From positions 558,001-622,000 of the forward strand of contig NIVC01000040.1 of NCBI GenBank assembly GCA_002269645.1: a stretch of DNA of 64,000 bases, given 5' to 3'. This DNA is from Macrostomum lignano (lineage: Eukaryota). The position numbers and the translations under genes were made by a program. Under the pieces are notes generated by a model. That model was not told the DNA's origin and ran no database searches. It was given only the letters and a program-made list of their open reading frames with translations. The stretch's first letter is position 1. Each line of letters opens with the position of its first letter. Positions 39,601 to 50,917 of the stretch are shown in pieces.

Positions 39601-39663
39601 CCTCTTGCGTTCCTTTTTAACCAACTGATTAAGCACGTGCGGCCGCGAACCAAGTAGCGGCAT
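25221..39663 (-). CDS. BAZ1B: BAZ1B/WSTF-type bromodomain adjacent to zinc finger protein (WAC-DDT-WHIM-PHD-PHD-bromo), 12 exons (39663-39312, 38205-38100, 37993-37699, 36471-36395, 36301-35917, 35577-35242, 33580-33088, 31775-31177, 29559-29285, 28456-27943, 27471-26728, 26240-25221), 1731 aa
   Basis: WAC: MPLLGSRP...[13 protein letters not shown]...[20 protein letters not shown]. Segments I recall as WSTF-specific: [65 protein letters not shown]: [16 protein letters not shown]2: [15 protein letters not shown]: CQVC...[12 protein letters not shown]...WYCLAC. Bromodomain: AWPFVDPV...DYY...NATEYN. All 11 introns are GT-AG with matching phase (5196 nt in total). Confidence 0.9.
26300..26680. 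repeat. ~36-40-bp minisatellite with AATGTACATT core in BAZ1B last intron
   Basis: GCAGGAATCAATGTACATTCTCTCTACCCCCACT-like units. Confidence 0.92.
27551..27925. repeat. 40-bp minisatellite carrying AGCCAATCAG and AGATAA in each unit
   Basis: Ten units start at 27551+40n. Seven have CCAAT and three CTAAT, alternating at first as an 80-bp dimer. Nine carry AGATAA. Confidence 0.95.
28520..29215. repeat. ~20-23-bp minisatellite (TCTAGGGGCGATTCTAGAGGGGG)
   Basis: About 30 variable units; intronic. Confidence 0.92.
29660..31150. repeat. Compound (GACA)n/(CA)n microsatellite with CACTAAGA interruptions
   Basis: About 1.5 kb; recurring blocks CACTAAGAGTCTAAGACACACACAGACAG show re-duplication of larger units. 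Confidence 0.95.
31880..33010. repeat. 24-bp minisatellite (GTTAGACACGGACTACTAACACCT)
   Basis: About 45 units; source of the spurious 313-aa ORF and the N-terminal part of the 567-aa ORF. Confidence 0.97.
33735..35140. repeat. 39-bp minisatellite (AAACTGGCTATGGGATTCTAATTAGGGATGGGGATAACT) plus related terminal variant
   Basis: About 30 units followed from ~34920 by a derived GGGATTCTGGTTTAGTGGG variant. Confidence 0.95.
36640..37690. repeat. Variable 15-30-bp minisatellite (CAGTCAGTGGGAATCCC / CAGTAAGGAATCC)
   Basis: Mixed sub-arrays ending 8 nt from the donor at 37698. Confidence 0.92.
38250..39270. repeat. 28-bp minisatellite (GGAGGCTGGCCCAGCAACTGAGGATCTG), partly alternating as a 56-bp dimer
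   Basis: About 36 units in BAZ1B intron 1; AGGAT/ACACT variants alternate. Confidence 0.95.
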
Positions 39664-42600
39664 GGCTAAATTGATTGATCTAGATCGGCTCCAAAGCTGG
39701 CCCTTGTTTTGTCAATTAATTTCTATTTAATTTCTCTCTGTTGCCACTACCTTTTTGAGTTAATGTATAGTAAGTGAACTAAGCATGAAATTATCAGTTT
39801 ATTAGACCTCCACAAATTAATTGGCATTTTGATATCATTAGTAAAACAAAAATTATAAACTAGATACACTGTTTCTTAGAAATTATTAGATTAGACCAAA
39901 ATTTAGGATACATAATTTTCTTATATTGCTACAATAGAAAGGCATATTATTAAAAGTAGAATCAAATAAATTAAAGTATGCTCACTAGGCATTCTATGAA
40001 GTAGTAAAAGTTGCAAATATAAACCATTAATGAATTTTCATTAAAAAATAATGGAACTATGAAATATTTTTATAAGTAAAGACAGATTGCTAGATGAGTA
40101 GTTTCACAGATAGGTTAATCATGATACCAAAAATTATAAAGTTTATATTAGAGATGACAACATCAATACATGTGCAACCCCCCCCCCTGATTTACACTAG
40201 CTATGCAGCTTACTTTTTGACCAAAAAAGTGACCTACCTATGAAAGAAACCTAACTCCTAAAAAATAGTAATGTAATTTTGGGTAAATGGCAAGAGTAAC
40301 TAGAGTGCATTATTACTTCAGTAATAGTAATACTAGTAATACTAAATAATACTAAGTCTGGTTTTAGAGTGGGAACTTTTGTGACTTACCTTGGCTTGGC
40401 CTCTTGCCAGTTGGCCAGCTCAATCAGGTGTGGTGCATATATGGATGGCAAGGTAGTTCTTTTTTAACAGATGTATATTTTTAGTTTTTAATAAAGCTTT
40501 TGTAAAATTTTAAGTTTTTATGGAAATTTCAGATAATAGAGCTCTAATAGTTGTTTATATTTGAATAAATTATTTAATGCCAATTTTAAACAATATACCA
40601 GGTAGATATTGCACCAAAACTTTTTTCATTTTGCACTTTATTAAGTTAAAATTTGATTTTTATAAAATTATAAATATAAAAAGGCCATTAGTAGGATTCT
40701 TAAAAGTTAGCTATAAATATTATAGTTTTCTTACATCAAATACCTATGCCACCAAGTGCAATGCCACTATCACCTTTGCCATTGCTATTATTGCTGATTA
40801 AGCATTGTTAATATCAGGTGCCTATACAAAGAAGGTAAGATTGTATATACTAAACAAGTTCCTATAAGATTTATACTAACATAACTTCTAACAATCTTGT
40901 TTCCCTGATTAGGGTTTATAATTTCCTTGCTAAAAATACTAAAAATGGTCTTTTCCTTGGTAAAAGTATCTGTACATTTAAAATTTAGTTTTGTAACCTA
41001 TACTATATTATAAGGCATGCTAGTATAGCTATAGCTATGGGATCCTAGGGCAAATATGGTGAAATAGGTGCCTACGGCAATGTGCATTGCTATTTTGTTT
41101 TTTGGAGTTGTGATTTTTCGGGTTAATGATATTTTAGGTTTATGATGTGTGTTTCTATCAATTTCGAAGTTATGATATTTCAGGTTTATGATATTTTGGG
41201 TTAATGATAGAAAGTGCTTTTCAGAGTTGTGATTTTTTAGGTTTGTGATGCCCCCTAGTCCATGTACTGTAGCTGTAGCCATAAGTAAAACTATAGCTTA
41301 TTCCAATTCTCCATATTCTATAGCCATAAGGACCCCAATATTACTATATTCCCATAGTTCCTATAGCTATAGCTATATTTTAACAAAAAGTCTAGAAAAC
41401 AATATTTTGAATCAAAAAGATAACCTGGTGCCACTACAGCTATGGGAATCTATAGAAAATGATATCAACTACCATATTTCTGTAGTCGTAGCAGTAAGAG
41501 CAGCTAGCTATCAAAAGTTCTAGCAATGTTCAACACTATTTTGTTTTTTAGAGTTATGATATTTTGGGTTTGTGACATTTAGGGTTTATGATGGGCAATG
41601 CTATTTTGGTTTTTGGAGTTGTGATTTTTTGTGTTTATAATATTTAAATATTTCAATATTGTCAATCCTAATGTAAGTTACTGTGATAAATAATTTTATC
41701 TTTTAAGTTAAACTTAATACTATTTATTATTATATAATAGAAATACTTTATATTATATGTATATTTCCTATATATAAATTTGACATGACTGACAGTCATT
41801 TATTTGTTACTACATATAAATTATACAAATAAAAGCTTTTAGACAATTAATCATTAAGATTATTTTCCTTTTAACAATAGGCCTAGGCCTATTTAAGAAT
41901 TTAAAAACCAAAAAATTTCTGGTTGCATTGCAACTTCTATATATACAAATAGTCTGTAAAATTAGTTTAACAAATTTTGCAAAGATAAGTTTATAAAATA
42001 TAATAATAATAATGATATCAGTATTAAGCCTACCTAGCTATAATAATCTATATATTAAAGGAAATGCTTATCCCCATGGTCCTATGTCAATAATTCCAAT
42101 TTTATCTACATGGAACTGTGTTGATAATTTCCAGCTTATCCCCACAGCAACTTATTGAAATAGCTGCCACCATTCAAGTCTATAGGCCTGATAAACAGCC
42201 TAGGACTATGGGGATAAGCACTTCTTACTAGTGATATCTGAATATTCAGATTCGAAATCCAAATCTGAAAAAAGTCTCACTTTTTTAGAAATCCAAATGT
42301 TTTGGATTTGGAAATTTTATTTTCCAAATTTCCAAATATGCTTTCAAATATGAAAAAATCAAAAAACCAAAACAAAACTATGCAAACATAAAAGAAATAC
42401 AACTTTTTAAAAAAAGGTCAATTAAAAAAACAAGAACTCAAAATTTAATGTCATATTGTTCTTTGTTACAATTGTCTGCTTTTGCAGTAATGTATATTTT
42501 TTAAGTATTATTAAGCAAAGTTACTTAACTTTGGGACATTTGAGGCATTTAACCTAAAGTCGCAGAAACATGTTTAGGTAATCACTGTTTAAGTGTAATC

Positions 42601-44389
42601 TTTACTTTGTTTTTTAAAAATGCAAATGCAATGGACTTTATGTGCACTGTACATGGTAAAGTTATCAAATTGCACAAATATATAGTATTAGTAATTGGAA
42701 TTAGTTAAATTAGATACAAAAGAATTAAGTTCAATTCAATTCAGATACTTGATAGATATAGTATAAGCCCGAGCTAAATTAAATCTTGTCAGTAAATTAA
42801 TGTACAATACTAATATGATTACTAATTAGATGAAAAGGGATTTTTGTCACTAAAAGGTGTCATAGTTACTTCTACCATTTACCTTTTACTTTTTTTACAT
42901 TTGGAAACAAATTTGGATATTCAGATTTGGATTTATAATTTTTTGTACATTCAGATTTGGTTTCAGAAACTTTAAAAAATCTACATTTGGTCCATCAAGT
43001 GCTACTTCCTACATTAAATGCTAAATAATTAATTAAATTGCTTTCACTTCTACTTGTACTACTAGGCTATACCTTCTTGCTGGATTGACTCTTCTAATAG
43101 TTTATTGCCAGACCATCTATCACCAAAACATCTGTCACTGGATTATCTTGTCACCAGATTGACTAGATAGGCCCAGGGCCTACCTAATATAGTATAGGAG
43201 GCCTATAGGCCTAGGCATTATTATTTTCCATTACACTGGGTACACTGGGTACACTGGAAAGCTTGAAAATAATCATCTTAGAGCAAGATAGTTCAGAAAT
43301 CATTGAAAAAAAATAATTTAACGAACGAAACTTGAAGATTGCCTAATAATATAATATAATACTTTAAGATATAATTAAATTTTAACTTAGATTGCATTGT
43401 TATCATATTCTAATGGGGTTATACCTAGCTTAAAATTGGCTAAAAATTACCATAGATATGATTTGTTAGTCTTGACTATCCTAGACTTATTGAATAGGCC
43501 TCTAAACTTGATAAGCAAAGGCTTACCGCTTACCTTAAATCTAAAGAAAAGTTAAATTTCTACAACTAAAGGCATGCTAGTTTTTAAGATAAATCAGCTG
43601 CAAATTGTGTCAATAGCCATGCAATTCTAATCGCTAAGCAACCCGCAAGTTTCATAAAAAAAGTGAAATGCTGTCAATGGATTGGAATCAAGTTATGTGC
43701 ATTTACTACAAATTAAGTTAATACAATTGTATGCAGAACATATTGCACTGCAGAACGATAAGTAATACTGAATAAAAAGATTAAACAGCCATTTAAATTA
43801 TTCACTGTGGAAGAAAAAGTGACAAATATTAAGGAAAATACTCAAACTAAAAGATTCGCGAAAAAATATTTCAATGCTACCCAGACCATTTTTGGACATA
43901 AAACTAAAGTGAGCTTACAACTGACTGACTCATACGTCGAGAATAAAGTAAGGGAAGCAAAAAAACTAACAGAGGTTACGTTAAACTAGACTTTTCACAA
44001 TTTAAAAGACTTACTCACTCATCGAGCTTAAGAAAAATGGAGGTAGGGGATACTGATTTTAAAGAGGTCCCCAACGGCTGAAAACACATTGATCTGTTCA
44101 GTAGGTTTAAATTGCAAAGTTGTGATGTATAACAAAGCTTTTAAATCAAATTACAATTCTAGCCCTATAAATTTCTCAGAACGCAGTTATTGGCATTGAT
44201 CAATGTAGTTAACTTATTATTAATTTTTTTGCTTTTTCTATTTTAAAAAGTTAGCCTCAGTTAATTTTTAAAGTAAGCTGGATTCGCGTGCTCAGTAAAA
44301 TTAATTAGCTTTTAAGGCTTGAGCCTTAAATTGGATGTAAAATACTTTCAAAATTTTAACATTTTACTACTTTTTACATTGCTCAACGC

Positions 44390-44634
44390 GAAAGTGCGGG
44401 CAGAATAGCTTAACATTTTAGGGAAAACCAAATTGGTGGCACACTTACTCAGAATTCTAAATCATCATAATAGAAATTAAAATAATAGTGTTCAAAATAG
44501 TTCGGAACAACCAAGACTTTAATGAGGGGAGCCAGGGGCTTCGCCACCGGGAGGACAGCGGGGACTTGTCTATTGCTTGTCAATTGACGGCCGTTGTGGA
44601 AATCAATAATTTTGCTTTTAGGGCAAACAAAATC
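44390..44634 (+). repeat. 245-bp direct repeat, copy 1
   Basis: Matches 50673-50917 with one visible mismatch (AGAATTCTAA vs AGAATTTTAA). Contains the left end of a hAT-like element at 44533. Confidence 0.93.
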
Positions 44635-45240
44635 CTATATACTAAAAATGGTCTGTCTGTGTCTATGTGATCGATTAGAGAAAAAATGGCTGGACCGATT
44701 TTGTTCGAACTTGCACTGTTCAATCAGAAATTTTCCCGTGACTGTACATGCATCGTGGCTAAGAAATTGCTCGATGCTAAAGGCATTAAATATTCGAAAA
44801 ACATGCTTTTTTGCAAAGGTCAAGCAAACTTTTCGACTTGAAATGCATTGTAAGAATGCTAGAGAAAAAACTGACTGGTTGAATTCTGATTCTGAAATAG
44901 ATTGCATCATAACTGAATTGTAACTCCGACTTGAATTGAAAATGCAGTGTGGAAGCGTAGCACCAGACTTGATTTAAATTGCGTAACCATGCATATTGTT
45001 AACTGATACTGACTGACTGAGAAACTGATTATGTCATAACTGCTTCGTGTAATTTACTCTATGCTTGGATTTTCAAGTGTTGAATTATATAAGTGCAAAA
45101 TTTGATGTTATCAAAACGATGAGAGCTAGCCTAGAGGTGAACAAACTGAGCTGCTAAATGCAGCGACGATGGTTCGAATTTTCATAGAGTATAATTTTTT
45201 TAATTAAAGCTTTTCAACGTCAGGAAAACTAAAAGACTTT
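44633..45240 (+). mobile_element. Possible Helitron-like 5' end
   Basis: A|TC start followed by CTATATACTAAAAATGGTCTGTCTGTGTCT...GGCTGGACCGATTTT, resembling non-autonomous Helitron 5' termini. No canonical CTRR 3' end found. Confidence 0.35.
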
Positions 45241-45242
45241 TT

Positions 45243-48200
45243 AAAAAGAAGCGTCATGTAAAAATCATAGAAGCGTCATATAAAAAATCATAGTAGCGTT
45301 ATATAAAAATCATAGATGCATCATTTAAAAAATCATAGAAGCGTCATGTAAACAATCATAGAAGCGTCATGTAAAAAATCATAGAAGCGTCATGTAAACA
45401 ATCATAGAAGCGTCATGTAAACAATCATAGAAGCGTCATATAAAAATCATAGAAGCGTCATGTAAACAATCATAGAAGCGTCATGTAAACAATCATAGAA
45501 GCGTCATGTAAACAATCATAGAAGCGTCATGTAAACAATCATAGAAGCGTCATGTAAACAATCATAGAAGCGTCATGTAAACAATCATAGAAGCGTCATG
45601 TAAAAAATCATGGAAGCGTCATGTAAACAATCATAGAAGCGTCATGTAAAAAATCATAGAAGCGTCATGTAAACAATCATAGAAGCGTCATGTAAACAAT
45701 CATAGAAGCGTCATGTAAACAATCATAGAAGCGTCATGTAAAAAATCATGGAAGCGTCATGTAAACAATCATAGAAGCGTCATGTAAAAATCATAGAAGC
45801 GTCATGTAAACAATCATAGAAGCGCCATGTAAAAAATCATAGAAGCGTCATGAAACAATCATAGAAGCGTCATGTAAACAATCATAGAAGCGTCATGTAA
45901 AAAGCATAGAAGCGTCATGTAAAAATCATAGAAGCGTCGTATAAACAATCATAGAAGCGTCATGTAAACAATCATAGAAGCGTCATGTAAAAAATCATAG
46001 AAGCGTCATGTAAACAATCATAGAAGCGTCATGAAACAATCATAGAAGCGTCATGTAAAAAATCATAGAAGCGTCATGTAAAAAGCATAGAAGCGTCATG
46101 TAAAAATCATAGAAGCGTCGTATAAACAATCATAGAAGCGTCATGTAAACAATCATAGAAGCGTCATGTAAAAAATCATAGAAGCGTCATGTAAACAATC
46201 ATAGAAGCGTCATGAAACAATCATAGAAGCGTCATGTAAAAAATCATAGAAGCGTCATGTAAAAAGCATAGAAGCGTCATGTAAAAATCATAGAAGCGTC
46301 GTATAAACAATCATAGAAGCGTCATGTAAACAATCATAGAAGCGTCATGTAAACAATCATAGAAGCGTCATGTAAACAATCATAGAAGCGTCATGTAAAC
46401 AATCATAGAAGCGTCATGTAAACAATCATAGAAGCGTCATGTAAACAATCATAGAAGCGTCATGTAAACAATCATAGAAGCGTCATGTAAAAAATCATGG
46501 AAGCGTCATGTAAACAATCATAGAAGCGTCATGTAAAAAATCATAGAAGCGTCATGTAAACAATCATAGAAGCGCCATGTAAAAAATCATAGAAGCGTCA
46601 TGAAACAATCATAGAAGCGTCATGTAAAAAATCATAGAAGCGTCATGTAAAAAGCATAGAAGCGTCATGTAAAAATCATAGAAGCGTCGTATAAACAATC
46701 ATAGAAGCGTCATGTAAACAATCATAGAAGCGTCATGTAAAAAATCATAGAAGCGTCATGTAAACAATCATAGAAGCGTCATGAAACAATCATAGAAGCG
46801 TCATGTAAAAAATCATAGAAGCGTCATGTAAAAAGCATAGAAGCGTCATGTAAAAATCATAGAAGCGTCGTATAAACAATCATAGAAGCGTCATGTAAAC
46901 AATCATAGAAGCGTCATGTAAAAAATCATAGAAGCGTCATGTAAACAATCATAGAAGCGTCATGAAACAATCATAGAAGCGTCATGTAAAAAATCATAGA
47001 AGCGTCATGTAAAAAGCATAGAAGCGTCATGTAAAAATCATAGAAGCGTCGTATAAACAATCATAGAAGCGTCATGTAAACAATCATAGAAGCGTCATGT
47101 AAACAATCATAGAAGCGTCATGTAAACAATCATAGAAGCGTCATGAAACAATCATAGAAGCGTCATGTAAAAAATCATAGAAGCGTCATGTAAAAAGCAT
47201 AGAAGCGTCATGTAAAAATCATAGAAGCGTCGTATAAACAATCATAGAAGCGTCATGTAAACAATCATAGAAGCGTCATGTAAACAATCATAGAAGCGTC
47301 ATGTAAACAATCATAGAAGCGTCATGTAAACAATCATAGAAGCGTCATGTAAACAATCATAGAAGCGTCATGTAAACAATCATAGAAGCGTCATGTAAAC
47401 AATCATAGAAGCGTCATGTAAAAAATCATGGAAGCGTCATGTAAACAATCATAGAAGCGTCATGTAAAAAATCATAGAAGCGTCATGTAAAAAATCATAG
47501 AAGCGCCATGTAAAAAATCATAGAAGCGTCATGAAACAATCATAGAAGCGTCATGTAAAAAATCATAGAAGCGTCATGTAAAAAGCATAGAAGCGTCATG
47601 TAAAAATCATAGAAGCGTCGTATAAACAATCATAGAAGCGTCATGTAAACAATCATAGAAGCGTCATGTAAAAAATCATAGAAGCGTCATGTAAACAATC
47701 ATAGAAGCGTCATGAAACAATCATAGAAGCGTCATGTAAAAAATCATAGAAGCGTCATGTAAAAAGCATAGAAGCGTCATGTAAAAATCATAGAAGCGTC
47801 GTATAAACAATCATAGAAGCGTCATGTAAACAATCATAGAAGCGTCATGTAAAAAATCATAGAAGCGTCATGTAAACAATCATAGAAGCGTCATGAAACA
47901 ATCATAGAAGCGTCATGTAAAAAATCATAGAAGCGTCATGTAAAAAGCATAGAAGCGTCATGTAAAAATCATAGAAGCGTCGTATAAACAATCATAGAAG
48001 CGTCATGTAAACAATCATAGAAGCGTCATGTAAACAATCATAGAAGCGTCATGTAAACAATCATAGAAGCGTCATGAAACAATCATAGAAGCGTCATGTA
48101 AACAATCATAGAAGCGTCATGTAAAAAATCATAGAAGCGTCATGTAAACAATCATAGAAGCGTCATGTAAAAAATCATAGAAGCGTCATGTAAACAATCA

Positions 48201-49510
48201 TAGAAGCGTCATTTAAACAATCATAGAAGCGTCATGTAAACAATCATAGAAGCGTCATGTAAACAATCATAGAAGCGTCATATAAAAATCATAGAAGCGT
48301 CATGTAAACAATCATAGAAGCGTCATGTAAACAATCATAGAAGCGTCATGTAAACAATCATAGAAGCGTCATGTAAACAATCATAGAAGCGTCATGTAAA
48401 AAATCATGAAGCGTCATGTAAACAATCATAGAAGCGTCATGTAAAAAATCATAGAAGCGTCATGTAAACAATCATAGAAGCGCCATGTAAAAAATCATAG
48501 AAGCGTCATGAAACAATCATAGAAGCGTCATGTAAAAAATCATAGAAGCGTCATGTAAAAAGCATAGAAGCGTCATGTAAAAATCATAGAAGCGTCGTAT
48601 AAACAATCATAGAAGCGTCATGTAAACAATCATAGAAGCGTCATGTAAAAAATCATAGAAGCGTCATGTAAACAATCATAGAAGCGTCATGAAACAATCA
48701 TAGAAGCGTCATGTAAAAAATCATAGAAGCGTCATGTAAAAAGCATAGAAGCGTCATGTAAAAATCATAGAAGCGTCGTATAAACAATCATAGAAGCGTC
48801 ATGTAAACAATCATAGAAGCGTCATGTAAAAAATCATAGAAGCGTCATGTAAACAATCATAGAAGCGTCATGAAACAATCATAGAAGCGTCATGTAAAAA
48901 ATCATAGAAGCGTCATGTAAAAAGCATAGAAGCGTCATGTAAAAATCATAGAAGCGTCGTATAAACAATCATAGAAGCGTCATGTAAACAATCATAGAAG
49001 CGTCATGTAAACAATCATAGAAGCGTCATGTAAACAATCATAGAAGCGTCATGAAACAATCATAGAAGCGTCATGTAAACAATCATAGAAGCGTCATGTA
49101 AAAAGCATAGAAGCGTCATGTAAAAATCATAGAAGCGTCGTATAAACAATCATAGAAGCGTCATGTAAACAATCATAGAAGCGTCATGTAAAAATCATAA
49201 AAGCGTCATGTAAAAATCATTGAAGCGTCCTGCAGAAATCGTAGAAGCGTCATGAAATAATCATAGAAGCGTCATGTAAAAAATCATAGAAGCGTCATGT
49301 AAACAATCATAGAAGCGTCATGTAAACAATCATAGAAGCGTCATGTAAACAATCATGGAAGCGTTATGTAAAAAAATCATAGAAGCGTCATGTAAAAAGC
49401 ATAGAAGCGTCATATAAACAATCATAGAAGCGTCATATAAAAAATCATAGAAGTGTCATGTAAAAATCATAGAAGCGTCATGAAAAAATCATAGGAGCCT
49501 CATTTAAAAA
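45243..49510. repeat. 4.3-kb satellite, 22-23-bp monomer (CATAGAAGCGTCATGTAAACAAT), 181-bp 8-mer higher-order repeat
   Basis: Six recurrent monomer variants occur in fixed order. Sequence near 46021 recurs 181 bp later, and 46741 recurs at 46922. Confidence 0.97.
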
Positions 49511-49669
49511 CTAATGAAAGTGTCATTTAAAAAATTAAGAAGCATCATGGTAGAATAAAAGAAGCGTCATGTCAGACATGAAGGGTGTCATGTAAAAATT
49601 AAATGCAGCTATAATGCTGTGCTGGGGAGAAAAACTGAGACGTAAAGGCTCTCAGAGAATAACTGAGAT

Positions 49670-50640
49670 TACGGGGGGGTTCTGAGATGTCAAAGCAAAA
49701 GTCAGAAGCTACTTCAAAGTTCATGTACTTTACTCAATTTTTTTATTGCATTATTTGTTGGCTCGCCACGGGGGGGGCGCTGATAGAAGAAGAGTCATGT
49801 AAAAAATAAAAGTAGCACTACGTATACATAAAAGAAAAGTCATGTCGAAGTTAAAAGATTCATTTGGGAATTGCTACGATGTCAAAGCTTGGTGGAAATC
49901 GTTATAGTGCTGTGATTCTTAAAGAAGGAATCACTAAAATGTCAAGGCTTAGGGGAGAAGAATTGCTGAGATTTCAAGGCTTTAGGTTGGGTTAAAGTTA
50001 GGTTTAGGTCAGGTGTGGGTTGAGGGTTATATTTTATCGGATTTCAAGGTTAACAGAATAACAGGGGATTTTTTAGATTTCAAGGTTTATGGGGGCCATC
50101 GCTGACATGTTAAGACTTACGGGGGGAATATCTGAGATGTCAAGGTTCACGGGGGTATAAATGAGATTTCAAGGCTAAAGTCAGAAGCTACATGTAGTTT
50201 ATTGAAAACTTTTTATTACATTATTTGATGCCTCCTCTGGGGAGGGATCGCTGATAAAAAAAGCGTAATGTAAAAAATAAAATAAGCTTCATGTCGAAGT
50301 TAAGAGATTCATTTGGGAATCTCTACGATGTCGAGGCTTGCAGGGAATCGCTATAATGCTGTAGTAGTGCTATAATGACTCTTAGAGAGAATTACTGAAA
50401 TTTCAATGCTTTAGGGTTAGGTTAGGGTTAGGGTTAGGGTTAGGGTTAGGGTTAGGCTAGGGTTAGGGTTAGAAGGTTGACAGATATTTTTAGATTTCCA
50501 AGGCTTATTTGGGGCATTGCTGAGATGTCAAGGGGGGAAGTTGATATGTTAAAGCTTGTGGGGGGGGGGGGAATTACTGACATGTCAAGGCTTACAAGGT
50601 TTGACAGGAGATTTTTTAAGATTTCAAGGATACATGTAGT
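49670..50640. repeat. Diverged ~470-bp tandem duplication containing satellite-monomer-like motifs
   Basis: AAAGTCAGAAGCTAC, TTTTTTATT(G/A)CATTATTTG and CATGTCGAAGTTAA..GATTCATTTGGGAAT each occur twice, about 470 bp apart. Confidence 0.75.
50411..50472 (+). repeat. Interstitial telomeric-type repeat (TTAGGG)n
   Basis: Seven perfect TTAGGG plus TTAGG/CTAGGG variants; a degenerate paralogous tract lies at ~49981-50030. Confidence 0.85.
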
Positions 50641-50672
50641 TTATTAAAAAAACTAAAGTTTTTTTGCGGGCA

Positions 50673-50917
50673 GAAAGTGCGGGCAGAATAGCTTAACATT
50701 TTAGGGAAAACCAAATTGGTGGCACACTTACTCAGAATTTTAAATCATCATAATAGAAATTAAAATAATAGTGTTCAAAATAGTTCGGAACAACCAAGAC
50801 TTTAATGAGGGGAGCCAGGGGCTTCGCCACCGGGAGGACAGCGGGGACTTGTCTATTGCTTGTCAATTGACGGCCGTTGTGGAAATCAATAATTTTGCTT
50901 TTAGGGCAAACAAAATC
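50673..50917 (+). repeat. 245-bp direct repeat, copy 2
   Basis: See copy 1 at 44390-44634. Confidence 0.93.

Noticed and set aside
25221-39663. Assignment as ACF1/BAZ1A because of two PHD fingers
   Set aside because: The N-terminal, DDT-flanking and WHIM segments match recalled BAZ1B sequence much better. Left open to phylogenetic test.
39700-44380. AT-rich region with scattered donor-like sites (~40389, ~44018) and small inverted blocks (41.0-41.4 kb, 42.2-43.0 kb)
   Set aside because: These may be BAZ1B 5'UTR exons or old MITEs, but boundaries cannot be supported from sequence alone.
45243-49510. CRISPR-like regular repeats (also 4045-4815, 33735-34920)
   Set aside because: The units are head-to-tail with no unique spacers, there are no cas genes, and the context is eukaryotic.
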